From a virus, in the IMG/VR virus record IMGVR_UViG_3300023172_000016, positions 1-64,000 of that record: a stretch of DNA of 64,000 bases; one strand, 5' to 3'. The translations under genes were made by a program, and so were the position numbers. Positions 20,384-29,988 of this stretch are shown here, piece by piece. The notes beneath the pieces were generated by a model. It was not told the origin of the DNA, ran no database searches, and saw only the letters and a program-made list of their open reading frames with translations. Each line of letters begins with the position of its first letter. Positions within the stretch are counted from its first letter, which is position 1.

Positions 20384-20641
20384 TTATATAACCTTTACCC
20401 GGTACTTAGTTTCAATCCAAGTCATCTCAATCTCGGCTTTTCTTCTGTCAATTTTCCCGATCGACATAATGGAATTAACCCCAAATTCAACCCATTCTTC
20501 GTAATCTCTCCTACTAAGTGGGCTTTTGTAAAACCAATATGGATCCTTTTGTGCCTTCTCTTCACTGATATCTGCATACAAAAGGTGTCTTTTCTTAAGA
20601 ATAGAGATTACCTCTTCCTGGTTTTTACTGTTTAGACTCAT
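20384..20641 (-). CDS. Hypothetical protein
   Basis: 85-aa ORF. Confidence 0.5.
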   Translation of the reverse strand: MSLNSKNQEEVISILKKRHLLYADISEEKAQKDPYWFYKSPLSRRDYEEWVEFGVNSIMSIGKIDRRKAEIEMTWIETKYRVKVI

Positions 20642-21015
20642 TGTGTTTCTTGATTAAAGGTTTTGATCAGTCTTTTTGCTGTTGAATAGTTTGTCGCTAA
20701 TGGGACGTTGTGGAAATCACAAATTCTTAATAACATTTGTACATCTGGTTCGTGAGGATGTTTCCCCAATGGGTCACGGAAGAAAATAATTAAATCTATA
20801 TGTCCCTGAGAAGCCATTGAAGCTATTTGGGCATCACCACCATGTGGACCCGACAAAAGCTTTTGGACTTTTAAGCCAGCTTGTTCCACATGGGTTCCGG
20901 TGGTACCAGTTGCTACAAGTTCAACATCCTCCCTTTTAAAAAAATCTAAGTTGTGCATGACAAAAGAAACCATCGATGCTTTCTTTCCGTCGTGTGCTAC
21001 GATTGCTATTTTCAT
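20638..21015 (-). CDS. mgsA: Methylglyoxal synthase
   Basis: IAIVAHDGKK, ATGTTG, SGPHGGDAQI, FFRDPL..HPHEPDV, PLATN. Confidence 0.95.
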   Translation of the reverse strand: MKIAIVAHDGKKASMVSFVMHNLDFFKREDVELVATGTTGTHVEQAGLKVQKLLSGPHGGDAQIASMASQGHIDLIIFFRDPLGKHPHEPDVQMLLRICDFHNVPLATNYSTAKRLIKTFNQETQ

Positions 21016-21398
21016 TGTTGTGAATCTCCTCTCCAAACTCTATATGAATCTGAATCAAAATGCTCTGTTGATACTTCGTAAACAACTCCGTCATCTAATG
21101 CCTCGAGCTGATGTGGTTGCCCAGGTCTTTGTCTTACAGAATCCCCTACCCTCAAAATCTGCTCATTTACTTCAGCAGTTTCGGTATCTATCCATCTATA
21201 AACAAATTCCCCCTCTTGGACATACCATGTTTCATCCTTTATCATGTGGTAATGCATTGAGAATTTAGCTCCCTTTTTGAAGCAAAGAAGCTTACCACAA
21301 TATAGCTCGTTGTTTTCGAAAATAATTTCGTGTCCCCATCCTTTAGGTACGTTGCAACCTGGGCACTCTTTTGCATTAATTACTTTAGGTTTTTCCAT
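21012..21398 (-). CDS. Cupin (sugar isomerase-like)
   Basis: KGWGHE, SMHYH..KDETWYV, PHQL, EVST.HFD.DSYR. Confidence 0.8.
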   Translation of the reverse strand: MEKPKVINAKECPGCNVPKGWGHEIIFENNELYCGKLLCFKKGAKFSMHYHMIKDETWYVQEGEFVYRWIDTETAEVNEQILRVGDSVRQRPGQPHQLEALDDGVVYEVSTEHFDSDSYRVWRGDSQQ

Positions 21399-21400
21399 GA

Positions 21401-21832
21401 TTATTTTTTTATGACATCATCCATTAAATCCCTATAGCGTGGAAGTATGCGTACACTTGCTTCTTCGTAATCCATAAACTTAGCATCGTTAACCTCAGCT
21501 AATTGTAGCATTGACTGCGGAAGTATTTCATTACTAATACCAATTTCTTCCAGCGAATCTATATAACATTCAAAAATGTAAACAGTTTTGAAAACCTTTT
21601 TACCACGGGTATAATGGATTGTATGTTTTTTCCCGAGTTGGTGTGGGAATATTTTAATTCCAACCTCCTCATATGTTTCTCTGCATGCAGCTTCTACAGC
21701 ATCCTCCCCAGGTTCAATATGACCTTTAGGAGGCATATAGCTTCCAAACCACTTGCTGTTGGTGCTATGACAAAGAAGCAATTTATTATTGCAAACTATT
21801 GCAATTCCAGAAGACTCTTCTATTTTTCCCAT
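21401..21832 (-). CDS. NUDIX hydrolase
   Basis: Nudix box PKGHIEPGEDAVEAACRETYEEVGI. Confidence 0.9.
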   Translation of the reverse strand: MGKIEESSGIAIVCNNKLLLCHSTNSKWFGSYMPPKGHIEPGEDAVEAACRETYEEVGIKIFPHQLGKKHTIHYTRGKKVFKTVYIFECYIDSLEEIGISNEILPQSMLQLAEVNDAKFMDYEEASVRILPRYRDLMDDVIKK

Positions 21833-21847
21833 GCTCGATAATTTATT

Positions 21848-22693
21848 TTATTTATCGAACACTTCGGAATTAGATACTGCTCTACCTTTCATTTTTTCCC
21901 AATCCCTCTCAGGTCTAATCTCAAGATTGGTTATCCATCCACCTTCAATGCTATTCATCTTAGTTCCATTACTTTCAGCAAACTTTAAGAGTGCATTTAC
22001 ATCTTTAGGGAAACAGGTTCCACCATATCCCATCAACCCATCTGGTCCAGGTACATGAAGGTGCGAGTCTCCAACCCTACCATCCGAAGCAAATCCATGA
22101 AGAGCGTCTTGCCAATTAACACCAATAATTTCCGCCAGTCTATAGAATTCGTTCATAATCGAGACCTTTGTTGCAAAGAATGTGTTGTTCATATACTTGA
22201 TATACTCCGCTGTTTTGGAATCTGTTAAGATAAAATGCCTGTTCATAAATCTAGACTCGAAAAGTTCTTTTACCCTTGAGGTAAGTCTTTCTTCCCCGCC
22301 TAATATGATTCTTGATTGTGTAAGGATGTCTAGTTTAGCAGTCCTCTCTGTAAGAAATTCAGGAGAGAATACAATATCAAACTCAAATCTGCTGGAGAGT
22401 GATTCTGTAGTTCCTGGTAGAACCGTGGATTTTATAATAAACACTTGATCCTTACGTGGGAATATAGATCCAAAGAATTCTTCAACAAAGGAAATATCCT
22501 GTGTACCATCCGTTCTCATTGGTGTTGGAAGACAAACAAAAATAAACTCTTGTTCCAGTGTTTCTTCCAGTGTGTGAGTAGCTTTAAGTGGATCTATATC
22601 ATATATTCTTACGTCAGCAGCAGGAGAGAAAGCAAAAGCTTGTGCCTCACCTACAAATCCATTTCCTACAATTCCTATTTTTTTCCTATTCAT
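21848..22693 (-). CDS. UDP-glucose/GDP-mannose dehydrogenase family protein
   Basis: GNGFVG, CLPTP, KSTVLPGT, SPEFL, GYGGTCFPKD. Confidence 0.9.
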   Translation of the reverse strand: MNRKKIGIVGNGFVGEAQAFAFSPAADVRIYDIDPLKATHTLEETLEQEFIFVCLPTPMRTDGTQDISFVEEFFGSIFPRKDQVFIIKSTVLPGTTESLSSRFEFDIVFSPEFLTERTAKLDILTQSRIILGGEERLTSRVKELFESRFMNRHFILTDSKTAEYIKYMNNTFFATKVSIMNEFYRLAEIIGVNWQDALHGFASDGRVGDSHLHVPGPDGLMGYGGTCFPKDVNALLKFAESNGTKMNSIEGGWITNLEIRPERDWEKMKGRAVSNSEVFDK

Positions 22694-23528
22694 CGTTTAA
22701 TTTTTTAGATCCCTTTCCTTGGAGATATTCTTTATAGTCATTTATCCTATCTTTTATTCCATATTCTGGGAACCAATTAGTTAAAATGTTTTTGGTTTCA
22801 GCTCTTGTGAAAAACTGATATCCCTCAGGTATTGCTGATTTATCTGTGTGAGTGTATGGAATATTAAAGTAATCCATAAAAATTTCAAACCCCACGGGTG
22901 TTGTGGTACCAATATCAAAAGTTCCTCCCTTATCCATTTCCATTGCATGAATGTTAGCATTTACAACATCGTCAACATGAATAAAATCCCTTTTCGGATT
23001 CCCTGGAAATAGCTCCATAAATTTTATGGATTTATCTATGTAATATTTCTTGAATGCTTGATATGCTACAGATGCCATTCTTCCCTTCTCCTCCTCACCA
23101 GGTCCGAAAACGTTGAAATATCTTAGCGAAATTGAATTTTCGTACGTGTTAACATATTTTTCACCAGCGTACTTAGACCAAGCATATAGATTAGCTGGTA
23201 TCTTACCATCGGTTCCATAATTAGCAGCAGAGGAAGAGTAAACTATTCTTTTCCCATATTTTTTAGATAAATCACAAAGGAGTTTGGTGAATTCAAAATT
23301 GAGATACATCATGTAGTTTACATCTTTCTCTAGGGTGTCTGAACATGCACCGACATGAAACACTCCATCAATGCCTTCCTCAAATATGCCAATAAGATCT
23401 ACCTCGCATCTAGTAGATAAAGCATCCTCCTTTTCAAATCCAACAACTAAGTGACCTTCTGATATTAGCTTTTCCCTAAGTCTTTTACCAATAAATCCGT
23501 CTTGCCCTGTAAGCAAATAAGTAGACAT
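22686..23528 (-). CDS. NAD-dependent epimerase, ADP-L-glycero-D-manno-heptose 6-epimerase-like
   Basis: TGQDGFIG, HVGACSDT, YSSSAANYG, YAWSK, LRYFNVFGPGE..KGRMASV, RDFIHVDD. Confidence 0.85.
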   Translation of the reverse strand: MSTYLLTGQDGFIGKRLREKLISEGHLVVGFEKEDALSTRCEVDLIGIFEEGIDGVFHVGACSDTLEKDVNYMMYLNFEFTKLLCDLSKKYGKRIVYSSSAANYGTDGKIPANLYAWSKYAGEKYVNTYENSISLRYFNVFGPGEEEKGRMASVAYQAFKKYYIDKSIKFMELFPGNPKRDFIHVDDVVNANIHAMEMDKGGTFDIGTTTPVGFEIFMDYFNIPYTHTDKSAIPEGYQFFTRAETKNILTNWFPEYGIKDRINDYKEYLQGKGSKKLNDE

Positions 23529-23549
23529 ATTAACTGTTTTAATTACATT

Positions 23550-23578
23550 CTATACTGAACTTGGGCTAAAAAATTTCG
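23550..23578 (-). promoter_or_regulatory. Bipartite promoter-like motif GAAA-N17-19-TATA(A/G), representative copy
   Basis: Similar elements upstream of ORFs near 12400-12425, 14640-14666, 19743-19770, 48598-48624, 57043-57070 and 59878-59904. Confidence 0.55.
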
Positions 23579-23592
23579 TGTAATTTGTTTGT

Positions 23593-24036
23593 TTACCAAT
23601 CCAATTGATCTGGGTCAACCTCTATGTCACCACCCATGCTGCTTTGGGCTGCCATAGTAAACTCATATTTCTCATCATAAGTCGTGGCACTTACAAATCC
23701 ATCCCCTTTATACTCTCCATAACTTCCATCAAAGTCATCGAAGAAAACAACCTCATTCTTTCCATCGGGTCTTATAATTTCAAACCAATGTGTGTCGTAA
23801 GGAACTTTGTAGTTAGGGCTGTCAATATTGTTCAGTTCGAGATGGCGTTCAAACCATCCCTTGTCCTTGTGATACTTTTTAATAAGTTCTATAATTTCCT
23901 CACGATCCTTATCATGGTCAAGAGACCTTAATATTTTAACACCTCTGTAATGCTTTTTCTTTGGCCACCTTGAAAATTTGCCAGTGGGAAATCCCAGATT
24001 TCCAATAGAGTCCTCAAATAGTCGAATGTGTTTCAT
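23593..24036 (-). CDS. Hypothetical protein with capsid-targeting-like N-terminus
   Basis: Start moved to MKHIRLFED, directly after GATATATA at 24042-24049. Confidence 0.6.
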   Translation of the reverse strand: MKHIRLFEDSIGNLGFPTGKFSRWPKKKHYRGVKILRSLDHDKDREEIIELIKKYHKDKGWFERHLELNNIDSPNYKVPYDTHWFEIIRPDGKNEVVFFDDFDGSYGEYKGDGFVSATTYDEKYEFTMAAQSSMGGDIEVDPDQLDW

Positions 24037-24075
24037 TAATTTATATATCTTTAAGAAACTTAACGCCTGGTACAC

Positions 24076-24687
24076 TCATATTAAAAATTTTAGTATTTTG
24101 TCCTTTACCCCAGATTGCTTAACACCTTCCCAGTCTCTTGGGGTCCACACAAAGTTTTTTAGACCCCATTCTCTTTCTACCTCTCCGTAAGCGGTGTTAA
24201 TATTAATTCCCATATTTAGGTCATCAATAGCTACCCAATGGGTAACTGGAGGGTTCTTACTTAGCCATCGTGTGATTTCAAAATATCTTTGTTGTTCCAT
24301 ATCATCAACACGACTCCAAGGGAAGTCTGAATGATCTTCAGGTAAAAATCCCTCTTCTTTCCACATAGTGTAATGAAATCTCTCAGTAACCGCATACGGG
24401 CGTTTTTTGATGCCTTGAGATTCGTAATAATCGCCAAGCTCGTCTAGTGTAGCATGAAATCTCCAGTCAGAACTTACCACAATCTCAGCCCCGGTTTTTT
24501 CTAATATGGAGTTTAATACTTTAACAGCTTTAGGGTCAAAGTTATCAAATCTGAGATTCACAGGGATCTCACTATTCATTGGGCGAGGATTGCTTTTGGT
24601 ATAAATCTTCTTTTGCTTTTTATACCTGCTTCCCCAGTTACTTGCCAAGCAAATAACTCCGTCATTATCTAAAAAAATTACTTTCAT
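24076..24687 (-). CDS. HAD domain protein of the Swiss-Army-Knife RNA-repair type
   Basis: VIFLDNDGVI, IVVSSDWR, WVAIDD. Confidence 0.75.
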   Translation of the reverse strand: MKVIFLDNDGVICLASNWGSRYKKQKKIYTKSNPRPMNSEIPVNLRFDNFDPKAVKVLNSILEKTGAEIVVSSDWRFHATLDELGDYYESQGIKKRPYAVTERFHYTMWKEEGFLPEDHSDFPWSRVDDMEQQRYFEITRWLSKNPPVTHWVAIDDLNMGININTAYGEVEREWGLKNFVWTPRDWEGVKQSGVKDKILKFLI

Positions 24688-24752
24688 ATCTCGAAGGGCC
24701 CTCCAGATTCTGGCTTTGGTCCAGCTACTTCAGTTTGAGATCCAGTTTGTCC

Positions 24753-25121
24753 TTATATTTTTAGTTCTCCATTATTTATTCTTTCCTGGAGTGCTGGGTT
24801 AATTTTTACCTCTCCGCCAGGTGAGAATTTAACAACAAAATTATCAAGGTATGGATTTCTCTCTTTATCGAATCTCCCATCCATCTCAAATAAAATATGA
24901 ATTTCAGATCCTGTTGATTCTGCTAGTTCCTTAAGGTCATTAACAGAATCTGTAACATCTAAATCACCAAACCATATTTTAGTTTTCCCTACAAAGATAT
25001 TAGCATTAAAAACAACAATGTGGTCTGGGAATGTTTGAGCATATCCACTTTTACTTGCAGATATCATTTTGCCTTGAATGCCAAGAATATCTTTTGCAAT
25101 CTGAATGTATAAATCCTCCAT
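24753..25121 (-). CDS. Hypothetical protein
   Basis: 122-aa ORF. Confidence 0.55.
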   Translation of the reverse strand: MEDLYIQIAKDILGIQGKMISASKSGYAQTFPDHIVVFNANIFVGKTKIWFGDLDVTDSVNDLKELAESTGSEIHILFEMDGRFDKERNPYLDNFVVKFSPGGEVKINPALQERINNGELKI

Positions 25122-25178
25122 GGGTAGTTTTAAATTTCTTAAGGTTTTTACCCCATGGAGGATAATTAGTTTCGAGTG

Positions 25179-26276
25179 TTATGAGTTGTGGTTGTGAATA
25201 TCCAATATAAATTTGTAATCAATCTGCTTTAAGAACTCCACATAGAGATTGATAGCGTTGGAGACGTCATTCTTGTGAGCCATCTCCACTGTAGTATGCA
25301 TGTACTTCAGGGGTGTCGCAAGAATTGCAGTAGGAATACTTTCCAAAAAGAAAGCCATTGTGTCGTTGCCATAAGATCCGACCGTTAGTTGAAGAGGGAT
25401 ATTATCATCAGCTGCTACCTGTCTTAGCTTAGCATTGATCTTCCTATGGTTCTGAGCAGTGTATTCAATGCAGGGCCCATCACCTCCTTTGGTATCTCCG
25501 TCCTTTGATTTATCAATCCTTGGAGTGTTTGTGTTGTGACAAACGTCATGTACCAGTGCTAAAGAGGCATCAAGTTTTTTCGCAATCATTTTAGCACCAT
25601 ATAAACCAACTTCCTCTTGAACGGAATTAACTACGATAAGATTAAACGGGAGGCTGATTTTTTCTTCGTGTATTCTTCTAGCTACCTCAGCAATAATGTA
25701 TCCACCGATCTTATTGTCGAGGGATCTACCAACCCAATAATCCCCCATTTCTCTGAGAGGGTCGTTAAATGTTACAAGACATCCAACCTCAATTCCTGAA
25801 GATATAACGTCCTCCTTGCTTTCCATACCTGTATCAATCCAAAGTTCGTGCTGGTCTGGACCTTCTTCAACATAATTTTTTCTGGTGTGAATTGCTGGCC
25901 ATCCAAATACTCCGGGTATTTTTTGTCCTTCGTGGGTATGGATAATTACATCCTTGGAGGGGGCAATCATATTGTCAGACCCGCCGTGTCTTTTTACTCT
26001 AATGTATCCCTCTTTTTCAATATTGGTAATAATCCAAGCAATTTCATCACAGTGTGCTTCAATTACAACATTGGGAGCATCTGGATTTTGTAAACCACCA
26101 CCATTTCTAGAATAAATTGTAGCAACTGCAGTTCCATAAGGATCTAGTTCGACCTTGTCTGCATATTTTTTCATCTCCTGCACCCAGATTGTTTGCCCCT
26201 CTGATTCTTGAGCTACCGGAGCATAGGCATCTAGATATCTGTAAATGAAGGGTCTTTCACCTAGATTGTTTTCCAT
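25179..26276 (-). CDS. M42 family aminopeptidase
   Basis: AHCDEI, GVFGWPAIH, SLDNKIG, QEEVGL, DVCH, LKYMHTTVE. Confidence 0.92.
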   Translation of the reverse strand: MENNLGERPFIYRYLDAYAPVAQESEGQTIWVQEMKKYADKVELDPYGTAVATIYSRNGGGLQNPDAPNVVIEAHCDEIAWIITNIEKEGYIRVKRHGGSDNMIAPSKDVIIHTHEGQKIPGVFGWPAIHTRKNYVEEGPDQHELWIDTGMESKEDVISSGIEVGCLVTFNDPLREMGDYWVGRSLDNKIGGYIIAEVARRIHEEKISLPFNLIVVNSVQEEVGLYGAKMIAKKLDASLALVHDVCHNTNTPRIDKSKDGDTKGGDGPCIEYTAQNHRKINAKLRQVAADDNIPLQLTVGSYGNDTMAFFLESIPTAILATPLKYMHTTVEMAHKNDVSNAINLYVEFLKQIDYKFILDIHNHNS

Positions 26277-26295
26277 TCTTTCTATTATTTGTTAA

Positions 26296-27087
26296 TTATT
26301 CTTTTATCTGTGTGTCCGGCATAATTTGGGAAAGGTACATATTGGAGTCAAGAATAACTTTTTCACAATTTCTCTGTTCAGACATTTCACTAATCCACTC
26401 ATCCCAATATTCATCCAGGAGGTTAATAAACGACTCTGGATTACCCCTCAGCCTGTATCTTCTGATATACTCATCCTTTAAAGACCTTTTTGGGTAAACC
26501 AGAACAAATGGAATATTATATTTTTCTAAAGCATCCCTAACCGTTTTATGAGAGGAAACTAGGATACGATCTATAGAAGGGTCATTAATTTTCTCCTCAA
26601 TATGTTTAATGTAATTTTCTGGGAAATCCTCCTTAGGGAATTTAGAGCTGTCTAAATCTAAAACACCAAGATCGGAAATATCAGAATATGTTGATTTACC
26701 TGTTCCAGGAAATGCTGAATAAACTTTAATCCTGTACTTTGATTCTTTCGGTGGATCGTCATAAAGCCCCATCTCTTGGTCTAGTCTCATCATTTCTGTG
26801 AGTGCTTTTTCTCTGATTGTTTTTTGAATCCCCTCTTCATCAGCTGCTTTTCTAACAGCATCTAGCAACGATTCTCTAAGATCCTCAAACTCTATATCGG
26901 TGTGTGGTGAGTTGTAGCATTCAAACTCAATTCTATCAACAGAGTTATCACGAAGACCTACGACATGGTAGTCATCCATCTTCTTTTGTAAATCCTCGAA
27001 AGCTATTTCTTCTATCTTTCTGGAGTCAATAGATCCAATAGGAAATCTAACTACCAGTATCGGCTTTGCTATTTTCTTTTTCGTCAT
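26296..27087 (-). CDS. Two-domain protein with C-terminal P-loop kinase-like domain
   Basis: SAFPGTGKST Walker A, DLDSS, LVSSH. Confidence 0.65.
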   Translation of the reverse strand: MTKKKIAKPILVVRFPIGSIDSRKIEEIAFEDLQKKMDDYHVVGLRDNSVDRIEFECYNSPHTDIEFEDLRESLLDAVRKAADEEGIQKTIREKALTEMMRLDQEMGLYDDPPKESKYRIKVYSAFPGTGKSTYSDISDLGVLDLDSSKFPKEDFPENYIKHIEEKINDPSIDRILVSSHKTVRDALEKYNIPFVLVYPKRSLKDEYIRRYRLRGNPESFINLLDEYWDEWISEMSEQRNCEKVILDSNMYLSQIMPDTQIKE

Positions 27088-27281
27088 GCGGTTCTTTTTA
27101 ATCCATGTCTTCCTTCGAAGGGTGGTTATTTGGTCTTCCTAGAAAGTCAGTTCTTTCACCCTTCTCCTCCTTATCATAACCCCATTTAAAGATTCTAAAA
27201 ACCATAACTAATCCGGCCAAGCCGAACATTAGGATAAGGGAAAGTAGTGGAAAATCAATCATAGTTTTTAATTTTTGTTAG

Positions 27282-27353
27282 TAGCCCCGCCAGGAATCGA
27301 ACCTGGATCAAAAGTTTAGGAAACCCCCATTCTATCCGTTGAACTACGGGGCC
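27282..27353 (-). tRNA. tRNA-Arg(CCT)
   Basis: GGCCCCG/CGGGGCT acceptor stem, loop TTCCTAA, GGTTCGATTCC; G.U-rich anticodon stem. Confidence 0.85.
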
Positions 27354-27369
27354 AGCATTTATTTGTTAA

Positions 27370-28047
27370 TTAAATATAAGATTTTCTAAACAATGCTATA
27401 ACATCCTTTGCGTCATCAACAGCATCGTGTGTGACAACTTTATCCAAACCTGCTCTTTCCTTGCAAAGGCTTAGACCTGGAAGAGATTCATCATTTTTCC
27501 AATCCGTAAATAATACACTTGGATCTAAAACCCTTTGTCTAATCCTCACTAGTTGTTTCCATCTAGGAAGTCTAACTAAGAACTTCATATCGAAAGTAGC
27601 AAAGTTTTTCCCAGCTGCTGATATGGTAATTGGTCTGGTTTTGTTTGTAATTGCTGGTAGCATTTTGCCATTTTTCCTCGTGACATAACCATCAGACACT
27701 GGATCGTTTAGTTTAACGAAACCATTCTCTGCTAACCAATAATAGAACTCTTCTGCAACATCATCCTCATTCATGAATTTCATGCCTGTGAGTCTTTCAA
27801 GATCAAATATTTCACTATCGTCCTCGGCTGTTTGGTAATGAACAATGGATTCGATGATTTCCTTGTTCATGTTAATTGCATAAGGAGATCCCTCGATTCT
27901 TTTGTGTAAGATAGCTGCATGGAAGGTCGGAAGATCCTCCATGGGTTTAATGTTGTTGGTGTCTTCAATGACTGCACCAATTGTTAGGATCTGACAATTT
28001 TCTGGGTCAAGTCCTGTGGTTTCTAAATCTATGCTTATGTACTTCAT
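27370..28047 (-). CDS. DEDDh 3'-5' exonuclease
   Basis: SIDLETTG, GKNFATFD, HDAVDDA. Confidence 0.85.
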   Translation of the reverse strand: MKYISIDLETTGLDPENCQILTIGAVIEDTNNIKPMEDLPTFHAAILHKRIEGSPYAINMNKEIIESIVHYQTAEDDSEIFDLERLTGMKFMNEDDVAEEFYYWLAENGFVKLNDPVSDGYVTRKNGKMLPAITNKTRPITISAAGKNFATFDMKFLVRLPRWKQLVRIRQRVLDPSVLFTDWKNDESLPGLSLCKERAGLDKVVTHDAVDDAKDVIALFRKSYI

Positions 28048-28057
28048 TTATCTCCTA

Positions 28058-28390
28058 TTATGATCCTACTTTCCTTGAATTTTTGTGATTTGTCCTTATG
28101 ATTATCTCAACCTCACGGTCGTCTAAAATTCCAAAATTAACTTCTTCCTGTTCTTTCCAAGCTTTATACTGTACTACATAGTTTCCTTGTATAACTATTT
28201 CGTACTTGGAAGGCTCGTTTATAACCTCATATCTAATGAGGATACAATATGCGCTTGGGAAAGAAACCGATTTAACATCTACGACACGGTCCTCAGTTTT
28301 TTTGATTTTCTTCTGTGAGAACTTATTTACCCATTTCCAGAATCTATTTTTTCCTGGATTGCCCAATATTTTAAATTGCATAACTTTCAA
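28058..28390 (-). CDS. Hypothetical protein
   Basis: 110-aa ORF. Confidence 0.45.
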   Translation of the reverse strand: MKVMQFKILGNPGKNRFWKWVNKFSQKKIKKTEDRVVDVKSVSFPSAYCILIRYEVINEPSKYEIVIQGNYVVQYKAWKEQEEVNFGILDDREVEIIIRTNHKNSRKVGS

Positions 28391-28452
28391 TGACTGGTGT
28401 ATCTTTCTATCCTCAATAATAGCATTGTTTCCCGTAATAAAAAAACGAGCAC

Positions 28453-28480
28453 AAAAAAGGCCTCAATATTTGAGACCCTT
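28453..28480 (-). terminator. Intrinsic terminator
   Basis: GGTCTCAA-ATA-TTGAGGCC followed by T6. Confidence 0.65.
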
Positions 28481-28503
28481 AATTTTCTGTGAGTTTATAA
28501 CTC

Positions 28504-28695
28504 TTAGATGAATAGAATCAAATCACCAAACGAATCCCAATCACCATTGTCCTTTTCAGATTCTTTATCCGAATCATCATGTTCGTTCTCGGTTATTTCA
28601 GAATAGTAATCCCCGTAGGAATCATAGTGTGGAAGGAAAAAAGGATGGTCGGCTGCAGATTTTTCTGGGTTGTTAGGGGAAGGTGGCTGGTTCAT
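28504..28695 (-). CDS. Small acidic hypothetical protein
   Basis: 63-aa ORF behind GATAAATA at 28717-28724. Confidence 0.45.
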   Translation of the reverse strand: MNQPPSPNNPEKSAADHPFFLPHYDSYGDYYSEITENEHDDSDKESEKDNGDWDSFGDLILFI

Positions 28696-28748
28696 TTTGT
28701 GGATTGGATTTTCTTGTATTTATCTTAGAATTTATTTTTTTTAAACTG

Positions 28749-28821
28749 AGGCACAGACTGGATTCGAACCAGTGAATAACGGATTTGCAGTCCGCTCCCT
28801 TAGCCACTTGGGTACTGTGCC
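28749..28821 (-). tRNA. tRNA-Cys(GCA)
   Basis: GGCACAG/CTGTGCC, loop CTGCAAA, U discriminator. Confidence 0.92.
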
Positions 28822-28984
28822 TTATGCAGGTACAGGAGTTTGTATTTTAGACCCGGTTGGAAGTTGAGCGCTTGCTAATTCTTTTGCAATTATAGAATTT
28901 GGTGCTTCGATATAAAGTCTTAGTGTTCCTCCCCTTTGTAAAATATAATCAACCCTGTATTTCATCTCTTAATTAATTAGTTAG

Positions 28985-29070
28985 TAGTCCGGGCGGGACT
29001 CGAACCCGCACGAGCATTACTGCTCAAAAGATTTTAAGTCTTTCATGTCTACCGATTCCATCACCGGACC
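28985..29070 (-). tRNA. tRNA-Leu(TAA)
   Basis: Loop CTTAAAA, long variable arm GAGCA-GTAA-TGCTC. Confidence 0.92.
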
Positions 29071-29104
29071 AACTCCACAAATCTAAGATATGGCTGGAAA
29101 ATGT

Positions 29105-29974
29105 CTACGATCTTTTTTGGTAAACTTTCAAGTTTTTAACAATCATGCTTCCCTCTGTGGGTGAATTACCATCTTTGGGCTCTTTTAATCCATTATTTAA
29201 GATAATAAATTGTTCAGCAGAATTGCACTTTAGCATTGCATGAATTTTACAAACTTGAACCAGTTGTCCGTCGAAGTAGATCTTTATAAACTTATCAGTC
29301 CAGTGAATTGCATACTGAACAAATCTATCCTGCGGATCTTTGACAAATATTCTAGGCGCTCCGTAATCCTTCTTACCTTCTTGCCAAGTATTCCCTGTTC
29401 CCCAATGGATGTTTGGTTTTAATGAAATATCATTTACATCCTGATCTGTATAAGCCTCAAAAATATCAATCTCTGGTGGCCAGGAGTTAGTACCACTGGT
29501 CCAAAATGCTGACCATTGCATTTCCTCTTTTGGGAGCTGAATCTCAGCTTCTATCCAGCCATACTTAAAAGATCTTTTTGAACTTATCAAACCAGAAGCC
29601 CAAGGAAGCGTAAACTCATCAGGAAGTTCGGGTTTTTGTTGCCATTGGGGTAGATCCTTTTTGTATATGGTTTTTGGTAAATATTTGTTTTCTAAAACCA
29701 AACCCTCCTTCGTGTTTTTAGTAGCTTCACCCGTCCAATACCACCAAAGTTGATCTGTGTGGAAAAATCCCCAGGGCTGGCCATATCTCCATTCATCCAT
29801 GTTGAGTGAAGTGGAGGTGAAATCATCTTCGAAGGCTAATACATATCCCTCGGGCGGAAGAACCTTTCTTTCGCCAGTAACCTCTTTTTTAGAAAGCCTC
29901 CAAGCTTTGTATTGTAACCAAAAATTATAAAGGTTACCCAAGGGGATTCTTTGTAGATAGTGTTTAAGTACCAT
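29105..29974 (-). CDS. Glycoside hydrolase family 16
   Basis: FEDDF, FKYGWIEA, WSAFW, WPPEIDIFE catalytic motif. Confidence 0.88.
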   Translation of the reverse strand: MVLKHYLQRIPLGNLYNFWLQYKAWRLSKKEVTGERKVLPPEGYVLAFEDDFTSTSLNMDEWRYGQPWGFFHTDQLWWYWTGEATKNTKEGLVLENKYLPKTIYKKDLPQWQQKPELPDEFTLPWASGLISSKRSFKYGWIEAEIQLPKEEMQWSAFWTSGTNSWPPEIDIFEAYTDQDVNDISLKPNIHWGTGNTWQEGKKDYGAPRIFVKDPQDRFVQYAIHWTDKFIKIYFDGQLVQVCKIHAMLKCNSAEQFIILNNGLKEPKDGNSPTEGSMIVKNLKVYQKRS

Positions 29975-29988
29975 AGATATATTTTTAT

